From Thiotrichales bacterium (GTDB lineage Bacteria; Pseudomonadota; Gammaproteobacteria; Francisellales; CACEW01), in NCBI GenBank assembly GCA_947478175.1, contig CANJUQ010000005.1, positions 6,145 through 70,144 on the forward strand: a stretch of 64,000 nucleotides of DNA, given 5' to 3'. Both the position numbers and the translations under genes were made by a program. Under the pieces are notes generated by a model, which was given only the letters and a program-made list of their open reading frames with translations, searched no databases and was not told the DNA's origin. Positions within the stretch are counted from its first letter, which is position 1; each line of letters opens with the position of its first letter. Positions 56,773-64,000 of this stretch are shown here, piece after piece.

Positions 56773-58176
56773 GTGTCTACTAACAATCTAACGACTCAGT
56801 CGAATCTATCGAATTCAAATTTAAATATGAAAATCGATTTGCAAACCGGTGCTCACAGTAACCAACGCGTAATGGTTATCGAAGTTGAAACTAAAACTGT
56901 TGATCGCGATATGATTTTAGAGCTTCAAAAATTGGCTAATAGCCCCAATCATCCTCATATTGATGGATTTCAGAACGGTAAGCCATTGCCTCTTAAAGTC
57001 GCTCAGCAACATTTTGGTGAAGCGATCCGTCAAGATTTAATTGCTAAGACAATGCAACAAAGTTTCGAAACAGCAGTTCGTGATAATAAATTACGTCCAG
57101 CTGGGTTGCCCAATGTTGAAATTCTTCAAGATAAAATGGGGCAGCCTTTAATTTTTAAAACCATTTTTGATGTGATTCCGACGATCGATAAAGTAAACGG
57201 CTTGGATAAAATAAAAGTTGAAAAAATCGTTGCTGAAATTACCGATGCTGATTTGAACCAGATGTTAGAAACCATGCGTAAACAGCATGCGAATTGGCTT
57301 CCAGTCACAGATCGTGGTGCAGCAGAAGAAGATCGTTTGACCATCGATTTTGAAGGTTTCATGGATGGGGTGAAATTTGATAATGGCAGTGCTAATGATG
57401 TGCCGTTAGTTTTGGGTTCAAAATTTATGATTGAAGGCTTCGAGTCCGGTTTAATCGGCACACAAGTGGGTCAAGAATTAAATTTAAATTTAAACTTCCC
57501 TCAGGAATACCATGTAGCTGAATTGGCTGGAAAACCTGTCGAATTTAAAGTCAAAGTGAAAGAAATCGCTGTGGCGCAGTTGCCTGAGATTGATCATGTC
57601 TTTGCTGAAAAATTTAATGTAACTTCGGTGGAAAAATTATTATCAGAAGTTCGGGCCAATATGGAACGTGAATTGGAATTTGCTTTGAAAGATAAAGTCA
57701 AAAACCAAGTCATGAATATCTTGATTGATAATAATACAGTCGATGTCCCTGGGCCGTTGTTAAGCCAAGAAGTCAGTCGTTTGAAAGAACAAGCGATTGC
57801 GCGTTTAGGGCTAACCCCAGAACAAACTAAACAGTTACCTGCGATGCCAGAAGATATTTTCACAGAGCAAGCACGGCGCCGTGTAGCTTTGGGAATTATT
57901 CTTAGCCGTTTGGTTGAAGATCTAGAAGTTCGTCCTGATCAAGCGCGTGTTGAAGCCATGATTAATAAACTTGCTTCTGTTTATGAAGAACCAGAATCTG
58001 TGGTTGATTATTATCATCAGAATCCAGAGCAAATGTTGGAAGTCGAGCAATCTGTTTTAGAAGAACAATTGGTTGAAAAATTAATCAGCCAAGGTGAAGT
58101 CGTTGAGAAGCAAATGGCCTTCTTTGATGTTATTCGTTCAATGGCTCCTAACATGATGAACGCAGCTGGACAATGA
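56773..58176 (+). CDS. tig: Trigger factor
   Basis: GFQNGKPLPLKVAQQHFG corresponds to the GFRxGKVP ribosome-binding motif. FKBP-type middle domain. The start is GTG 56773 or ATG 56827. Confidence 0.92.
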   Translation: MSTNNLTTQSNLSNSNLNMKIDLQTGAHSNQRVMVIEVETKTVDRDMILELQKLANSPNHPHIDGFQNGKPLPLKVAQQHFGEAIRQDLIAKTMQQSFETAVRDNKLRPAGLPNVEILQDKMGQPLIFKTIFDVIPTIDKVNGLDKIKVEKIVAEITDADLNQMLETMRKQHANWLPVTDRGAAEEDRLTIDFEGFMDGVKFDNGSANDVPLVLGSKFMIEGFESGLIGTQVGQELNLNLNFPQEYHVAELAGKPVEFKVKVKEIAVAQLPEIDHVFAEKFNVTSVEKLLSEVRANMERELEFALKDKVKNQVMNILIDNNTVDVPGPLLSQEVSRLKEQAIARLGLTPEQTKQLPAMPEDIFTEQARRRVALGIILSRLVEDLEVRPDQARVEAMINKLASVYEEPESVVDYYHQNPEQMLEVEQSVLEEQLVEKLISQGEVVEKQMAFFDVIRSMAPNMMNAAGQ

Positions 58177-58251
58177 TCTGACGTACTCTACAATACCTTC
58201 CCCGAAAGGGTTGGCCTGTCTGAGTCTCAAGATTTTTATCTGATTGTTGAT

Positions 58252-58280
58252 GGGGGATAAAGATCCCCCTTTTTTATTTT
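58252..58280 (+). terminator. Rho-independent terminator/attenuator between tig and clpP
   Basis: GGGGGATaaagATCCCCCtttttta. Confidence 0.75.
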
Positions 58281-58295
58281 TTAAGGAGAGAGTTT

Positions 58296-58973
58296 GTGAT
58301 ATCTAATTCCCTATTAGTCCCGATGGTTATTGAGCAAACTGCACGAGGTGAACGTTCGTTTGATATTTATTCTCGTTTGCTCAAAGAACGTGTGGTATTT
58401 GCCGTCGGTGAAGTGAATGATCACATGGCAAATCTAATCATCGCGCAGTTACTATTTTTAGAATCTGAAAATCCTGATAAAGATATTTTTCTTTATATTA
58501 ATTCCCCAGGGGGTGCCGTGACGGCAGGAATGGGTATTTATGACACGATGCAATATATTCGTCCTGATGTGAGTACTTTGTGTGTTGGCCAGGCGGCTAG
58601 TATGGGAGCTTTATTATTGACGGCAGGTGCGCCAGGTAAACGTTTTTGTTTGCCTAATTCTTCCGTCATGATTCATCAACCTTTAGGCGGTTATCAAGGC
58701 CAAGCGTCTGATATCGAAATTCATGCAAAGCAAACGATCAAAGTCAAAGAAACTTTGAATAGAGTGATTGCGCAACATACGGGAAGACCCTATGAAGAAG
58801 TTTGTCGTGATACGGATAGAGATAATTTCTTAGATGCTTATCAAGCTAAAGCTTATGGCTTAGTCGATGATGTTTTAGTGAGGGCCAGTGATCGAAAAGA
58901 TCATAAAAAAGATAAGCCTGAAGTTAAGCTAGAAAATAAAACAGAAGTTAAATTAGAAAATAAAAAATCTTAA
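58296..58973 (+). CDS. clpP: ATP-dependent Clp protease proteolytic subunit, with a ~27-aa Lys-rich repeat tail
   Basis: [34 protein letters not shown] (Ser) and MIHQP (His). GTG start follows AAGGAG. The tail is [27 protein letters not shown], encoded by a 24-bp x 2 repeat at 58920-58967. Confidence 0.95.
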   Translation: MISNSLLVPMVIEQTARGERSFDIYSRLLKERVVFAVGEVNDHMANLIIAQLLFLESENPDKDIFLYINSPGGAVTAGMGIYDTMQYIRPDVSTLCVGQAASMGALLLTAGAPGKRFCLPNSSVMIHQPLGGYQGQASDIEIHAKQTIKVKETLNRVIAQHTGRPYEEVCRDTDRDNFLDAYQAKAYGLVDDVLVRASDRKDHKKDKPEVKLENKTEVKLENKKS

Positions 58974-58989
58974 AATTTTAAATAATTTT

Positions 58990-59014
58990 GTAAGGGCGAA
59001 TTTTGTGTTCGCCC
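58990..59014 (+). repeat. REP element, GTAA-head variant
   Basis: GTAAGGGCGAATTTTGTGTTCGCCC. Confidence 0.75.
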
Positions 59015-59054
59015 AGTGTAATAAAATAAAATAATTGATTGAGTGAGGCGCAGC

Positions 59055-60347
59055 ATGGCTAAGAAAGGCAAGAGTTCAGGAGAATCTAGCGTTGTACTGT
59101 ATTGTTCCTTCTGCGGCAAAAGCCAAAATGAAGTGAAGAAGTTGATCGCTGGACCGTCAGTCTATATCTGTGATGAGTGCGTGACTTTATGTACGGATAT
59201 TATTACGGAAGAACTAGCGCAAGTGACAGGGCTTCCCGTTGAAAGTACACCTTTGCCGAAGCCAGTCGAGATTAAGGCAAAATTAGATGAGTATGTGATT
59301 GGTCAAGAATTAGCCAAAAAAGTATTAGCAGTCGCGGTTTATAATCATTATAAAAGATTAAGAACCCATCGAGAAAAAGACAAAGATGTTGAACTCAGCA
59401 AAAGCAATGTTTTATTACTCGGCCCGACGGGGAGTGGTAAGACTTTATTGGCTCAAACATTGGCTAGATTATTAAACGTTCCTTTTGCGATGGCCGATGC
59501 GACGACATTAACAGAAGCGGGCTATGTGGGTGAAGACGTCGAAAATGTGATTCAGAAATTATTACAAAATGCTGATTACAGTGTTGAGAGAGCACAAGAG
59601 GGAATTATCTATATTGACGAAATTGATAAGATTGCTCGGAAATCTGAAAACCCGTCTATTACTCGCGATGTGTCTGGGGAAGGCGTTCAGCAGGCTTTGT
59701 TAAAATTAATAGAGGGCACTGTCGCTTCTGTGCCACCTAAAGGTGGAAGAAAACATCCTCAGCAAGATTTTGAACAGATAGATACTTCTCGGATTTTATT
59801 TATTTGTGGTGGTGCGTTTGATGGCTTAGAGACCATTATTCGAAATCGTTCAGAGAAAGCAGGGATTGGTTTTTCAGCTGATATTAAAAGTCAAAAAGAT
59901 TCTAAGACACGCTCGGAATTATTAGCCTCTGTTGAGCCGAGTGATTTAATTAAATTTGGATTAATCCCTGAGTTTATTGGTCGTTTGCCTGTCATTGCGA
60001 CATTAGAAGAATTAGACGAAGAAGCTTTGGTTAGTATTTTGAAAAATCCAAAAAATGCTTTAGTTAAGCAATATGCGAAATTATTTGATATGGAAAATGT
60101 CAAAATTGAATTTCGTGAAGAGGCCATTCGAGAAGCTGCGCAAATGGCTATGAAACGTAAGACAGGTGCTCGGGGGCTTCGTTCTATTATGGAGCAGGCT
60201 TTGCTTGAAACTATGTTTAACTTGCCATCGATGCAGGGTGTTTCTCATGTCATTGTTGACGCGGATACGATTAGAGGCTTAAAAACGCCGCTCTTGGTCA
60301 TGCAGGGTGATGAAGAAAGACGATTAGCTGCGAATGATAAGTCTTAG
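59055..60347 (+). CDS. clpX: ATP-dependent Clp protease ATP-binding subunit ClpX
   Basis: Zinc ribbon [11 protein letters not shown]...CDEC and Walker [10 protein letters not shown] prefer the ATG at 59055. Confidence 0.96.
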   Translation: MAKKGKSSGESSVVLYCSFCGKSQNEVKKLIAGPSVYICDECVTLCTDIITEELAQVTGLPVESTPLPKPVEIKAKLDEYVIGQELAKKVLAVAVYNHYKRLRTHREKDKDVELSKSNVLLLGPTGSGKTLLAQTLARLLNVPFAMADATTLTEAGYVGEDVENVIQKLLQNADYSVERAQEGIIYIDEIDKIARKSENPSITRDVSGEGVQQALLKLIEGTVASVPPKGGRKHPQQDFEQIDTSRILFICGGAFDGLETIIRNRSEKAGIGFSADIKSQKDSKTRSELLASVEPSDLIKFGLIPEFIGRLPVIATLEELDEEALVSILKNPKNALVKQYAKLFDMENVKIEFREEAIREAAQMAMKRKTGARGLRSIMEQALLETMFNLPSMQGVSHVIVDADTIRGLKTPLLVMQGDEERRLAANDKS

Positions 60348-60429
60348 GTCTTGTCTGAGATGAGAAAAGAGAAAGTGAGTCAGGTCTTGTTAAGTATTAG
60401 ATTTAAATTTTAAGAAGGGCCATAAAACA

Positions 60430-62865
60430 ATGAGCGATGAGATAGAACCCGTTGAAATTATTGGTACTCATTTTCCTGTTTTGCCTTTAAAAGACGTAGT
60501 GGTTTATCCCAATATGGTGATTCCTCTATTTGTCGGAAGAGAACGGTCTGTCAAAGCACTAGAAGCAGCAATGGGGGAGAGTCAACAAGTATTGTTAGTT
60601 GCGCAGAAAAACTCTCAAGAAGACGTGCCTCAATTACCTGATTTGTTTCAGACGGGAACAGTCGGTCGAGTTCTACAATTGCTGAGATTGCCTGATGGGA
60701 CTTTTAAAGTTTTAGTGGAAGGCTTGGAAAGAGCTAACGTAAAAAAATACCAGTGGGGCGACGATTACACGACTGCGGATGTCAAATTAGACTCTGAAGA
60801 TCCAGAATTTTTTGGAGATACTGAAGGTGCAATGCGTTCTTTAATTTCTCAGTTTGAGCAATATATAAAATTAAATCGGAGAATCTCTCCTGAGGTCATA
60901 CAAGCGCTGTCAGGAATTGAAGAGATTCAAAAATTAGCGGATACGATTGCGGCTCATTTGGTTTTAAAAATTAAAGATCGACAAAATATTTTAGAAAGTA
61001 AAAATTTAGATAAACGCGTCAGTTTGCTTTTAGAATTAATCAATAAAGAAATAAAATTTTTGCAGGTGGATAAAAAAATCCGCACGAAAGTAAAAGGCCA
61101 GATCGAAAAAAATCAGCACGAGTATTATCTGAACGAACAGATAAAGGCCATTCAAGAAGAATTAGGCCACGGAAAAGAAGCGGCAGATAATCTAGAAGAG
61201 CTTGATAAGCGCCTGAAAAATGCCAACTTGACTAAAGAAGCCAAAGAAAAAATAGAGTCAGAACTCCGTAAATTGCGAGCCATGGCACCTATTTCAGCCG
61301 AAGCGACGGTTACGCGAAACTATATTGATCAGTTGTTAAGTGCCCCTTGGAAAAAATCGACTCAACTAAAAAAAGATTTGAAATTTGCCAGTAAAATTTT
61401 GGATCAAGATCACTACGGCTTGAAAGAAGTCAAAGATAGAATCTTGGAATATCTCGCTGTTTCTCAGCGTGTGAATGCCGTCAAAGGGCCAATCTTATGT
61501 TTAGTCGGGCCACCAGGTGTGGGTAAAACTTCTTTAGGCCAGTCTATTGCCAGAGCAACAGGTCGTGTGTTTACCCGCATGGCTTTGGGTGGCATTCGTG
61601 ATGAAGCAGAGATTCGAGGACATCGTCGAACTTATGTGGGCGCGATGCCTGGGCGCGTGATGCAAAAAATTATCAAAGCGCAGTCGAATAATCCGCTTTT
61701 TTTATTAGACGAAATTGACAAGATGAGTGCTGATTTTCGGGGTGATCCGTCTTCGGCGCTCTTAGAAGTTTTAGATCCAGAGCAAAATAAAGCGTTTGCA
61801 GATCATTATTTAGAAGTTGACTTTGATCTTTCAAAAATTATGTTTGTCGCCACGGCGAACTCTCTCAATATTCCTGACGCCCTACGAGATCGTATGGAAA
61901 TTATCCATTTATCTAGTTACACGGAAGAAGAAAAATTTCATATTGCTAAGAATCATTTGATTTCAAAAATTCGATTAGAGGCTGGGCTAAAACCTAATGA
62001 AATGATTATTCCCGATGAGTTAATTATGAAACTCATTCAGCACTACACGCGTGAAGCTGGCGTGAGATCTCTAGAAAAAGAAATCTCTAAGCTCTGTCGT
62101 AAAGCAGTCAAAGAATTATTAATGACGCCCGCGCTGAAACAAATTGTGTTGACAGAAGCGAAACAAGAAGAATATTTAGGCGTGCCGAAATATCGTTATG
62201 GTTTGGCTGATGAAGAAAATCAGATTGGCCAAGTAACTGGTCTGGCTTGGACTGAAGTCGGTGGGGAGTTATTAAAAATAGAGACCATTGCAGTGCCAGG
62301 AACGGGAAAGACACAATTTACTGGGCGCTTAGGGGATGTCATGAAAGAATCCATCCAAGCAGCGGTGTCTATTGTTCGTGCGCGTTCTCATGCTTTTGGA
62401 ATCTCAACAGAGTTTCATAAAGATCAAGATTTGCATATCCACGTCCCTGAGGGGGCAACGCCGAAAGATGGCCCCAGCGCTGGGATTGCCATGTGTACAG
62501 CTTTGGTTTCAGCACTTTCGAATAATCCAGTCAGAGCAGATGTTGCCATGACGGGAGAGATTACTTTGCGTGGAGAGATTTTGCCGATTGGAGGATTAAA
62601 AGAAAAAATTCTAGCGGCGCATCGAGGTGGGATTAAAATTATTATTATTCCTGAAGAGAATCGAAAAGATTTGGTGGAAATTGAAGCGTCTGTTTTAGAA
62701 AAGCTTGAAATTCATCCGTGCAAAAATATAGATCAGGTCCTTCGAATAGCGCTTGCCAAGCCAATTTCAAGAGGGTGTGATACACCTGTGACAACAAAAA
62801 AACTTGGTGCTAGACTCAGCCCGCCTTCGAATCGGCGTGGAATCACGCAGGTGAAAGGGAATTAG
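60430..62865 (+). CDS. lon: Lon protease
   Basis: GPPGVGKTS, and the catalytic Ser in PKDGPSAGIAM. Confidence 0.96.
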   Translation: MSDEIEPVEIIGTHFPVLPLKDVVVYPNMVIPLFVGRERSVKALEAAMGESQQVLLVAQKNSQEDVPQLPDLFQTGTVGRVLQLLRLPDGTFKVLVEGLERANVKKYQWGDDYTTADVKLDSEDPEFFGDTEGAMRSLISQFEQYIKLNRRISPEVIQALSGIEEIQKLADTIAAHLVLKIKDRQNILESKNLDKRVSLLLELINKEIKFLQVDKKIRTKVKGQIEKNQHEYYLNEQIKAIQEELGHGKEAADNLEELDKRLKNANLTKEAKEKIESELRKLRAMAPISAEATVTRNYIDQLLSAPWKKSTQLKKDLKFASKILDQDHYGLKEVKDRILEYLAVSQRVNAVKGPILCLVGPPGVGKTSLGQSIARATGRVFTRMALGGIRDEAEIRGHRRTYVGAMPGRVMQKIIKAQSNNPLFLLDEIDKMSADFRGDPSSALLEVLDPEQNKAFADHYLEVDFDLSKIMFVATANSLNIPDALRDRMEIIHLSSYTEEEKFHIAKNHLISKIRLEAGLKPNEMIIPDELIMKLIQHYTREAGVRSLEKEISKLCRKAVKELLMTPALKQIVLTEAKQEEYLGVPKYRYGLADEENQIGQVTGLAWTEVGGELLKIETIAVPGTGKTQFTGRLGDVMKESIQAAVSIVRARSHAFGISTEFHKDQDLHIHVPEGATPKDGPSAGIAMCTALVSALSNNPVRADVAMTGEITLRGEILPIGGLKEKILAAHRGGIKIIIIPEENRKDLVEIEASVLEKLEIHPCKNIDQVLRIALAKPISRGCDTPVTTKKLGARLSPPSNRRGITQVKGN

Positions 62866-62945
62866 GCCATACATGTTTCTAGGATTGGATAATGACGTCC
62901 AATCGGTGGCTTCATGTGATCTAACTAACAGAGAGGATAGTTACT

Positions 62946-63218
62946 GTGAATAAGACAGATCTTATTAATGCCGTTGCAAAATTAACCAGTCTTTCTAAAG
63001 CTGATGCAGGTCGTTCTGTAGATGCTTTTATTGAAAGCGTGACCAAATCATTGAAAAAAGGTGATCCCGTTACATTGGTTGGTTTTGGTACATTTGCTGT
63101 TAAAAAGCGTGCTGCACGTAAGGGTCGTAACCCGCGTACTGGCGCTGAGATTAAAATTGCAGCTGCCAAAGTTCCAGGCTTCCGTGCTGGTAAATCTTTG
63201 AAAGATGCTGTTAGATAA
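62946..63218 (+). CDS. hupB: DNA-binding protein HU-beta
   Basis: [11 protein letters not shown]...[24 protein letters not shown] start. Confidence 0.93.
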   Translation: MNKTDLINAVAKLTSLSKADAGRSVDAFIESVTKSLKKGDPVTLVGFGTFAVKKRAARKGRNPRTGAEIKIAAAKVPGFRAGKSLKDAVR

Positions 63219-63245
63219 TATTTAATATTGTTTAACGCTTGACAG

Positions 63246-63282
63246 AGGTGTGCTTTTTACGAAGCATGCCTCTTTTCTTTTT
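63246..63282 (+). terminator. Probable rho-independent terminator after hupB
   Basis: Imperfect stem gaggtgtgc/gcatgcctc (7 of 9 pairs) followed by ttttcttttt. Confidence 0.5.
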
Positions 63283-63397
63283 CAGGCCCTTATCCCGCTG
63301 ATGTTATGAATGCTTTCACCTCGCCCTTGTGGGAGAAGTCGAGCACTTTGTTGCGAGGGAGAGGGGAAAAATAATTTTTATTAATGGAGCCCTCGGC

Positions 63398-64000
63398 ATG
63401 CTACAAGCCATTCGTGACAAAACTCAAAGCTGGATCTCAATTGTCATCATTGGTTTTCTAATCTTAATGTTCGGGATGTGGGGTATTAGTTATTATCTCA
63501 GCGCTTCTTCTGTCGGAACACAAGAAGCTGTAAAAGTTAATGGGCAATCTATTCCGCTTCAGTCTTTTCAGTCTTTATATAATTTAGAACGTCAGGCGGC
63601 TGCAGATCAGGTGAATTCAGGGCAGTTATCGCTTTCAGATTTGAAATCATTGATTTTAAATTCTCTTATTCAAAACGAGTTGCTCTATCAAGGTGCAGTG
63701 TCTGCGGGTTTGGGCTTGAGTATTAAAACAATTGATTCTTATATTATCTCCATGCCTCAATTTCAGGACCATGGTATTTTTTCTCAGGCGTTATATCAAA
63801 ATTATTTACAGCGAGAAAATCTAACAACGGATGGACTTCGTCAAAAACTTCAACAAAATATTTTAATTAATCAATGGCAGTTAGGTTTTTCTCAAACTGA
63901 TTTTGTGCTGCCAAAAGAAGTTCAACAGTATAGTGATTGGGATAATCAAAAACGTCAGATTGAATGGACAGCTATTCCGGAATCTTTAGGCAATACGCCT
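63398..64000 (+). CDS. ppiD: Periplasmic chaperone/peptidyl-prolyl isomerase PpiD; N-terminal part, runs off the window
   Basis: Absent from the ORF track because its end is open. ATG follows GGAG. MLQAIRDKTQSWISIVIIGFLILMFGMWGISYYL has the PpiD-type N-terminal anchor. The position after hupB is conserved. Confidence 0.8.
   Translation, partial: MLQAIRDKTQSWISIVIIGFLILMFGMWGISYYLSASSVGTQEAVKVNGQSIPLQSFQSLYNLERQAAADQVNSGQLSLSDLKSLILNSLIQNELLYQGAVSAGLGLSIKTIDSYIISMPQFQDHGIFSQALYQNYLQRENLTTDGLRQKLQQNILINQWQLGFSQTDFVLPKEVQQYSDWDNQKRQIEWTAIPESLGNTP

Noticed and set aside
62921-63169. 82-aa minus-strand ORF.
   Set aside because: It is antisense to hupB.

Overview
Chromosomal window from a low-GC Gammaproteobacterium. 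Gene order suggests a Legionellales-like intracellular organism, but that is inference only. I call about 55 protein genes, 8 tRNAs in two clusters, no rRNA, no CRISPR array, and no transposase or integrase. The housekeeping backbone is sbcB, dusA, prpB, gyrA, serC-cmk-rpsA, fabI, lplA, rmuC, gatCAB, fumC, trhO, aspS, iscS, proS, punA-like, hisS, ruvB and tig-clpP-clpX-lon-hupB-ppiD. Accessory material sits between these genes. (1) The strongest candidate system is a bufferin-type RiPP cluster at 9533-11952. It has a DoxX gene, a DUF2282 Cys-rich precursor and a DUF692/MNIO enzyme fused to DUF2063. Three things are unusual: the precursor has a lipobox and a tandem (partial plus full) core, the enzyme and its partner are one polypeptide joined by a KQNS-repeat linker, and DoxX comes first. 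(2) There are four type II toxin-antitoxin modules (2 vapBC, 2 mazEF-like). Two of them bracket an archaeal/eukaryotic-type proS. (3) Five orphan ORFs all start with Met-Ser-Gly (ATGTC[A/C]GG[A/C]). They include two tandem paralogous giant proteins and a stand-alone GHKL-fold protein. (4) A GTAG-headed REP/REPIN family has 11 copies showing compensatory stem changes. (5) A Cys-less IscU homolog is translationally coupled to iscS. (6) A TolC-adaptor-MacB-type permease operon has no ATPase gene. Two long ORFs run off the window edges and are absent from the supplied ORF track: <1..2159 (-) and 63398..>64000 (+). All family assignments come from motif recognition by eye. No searches were run.
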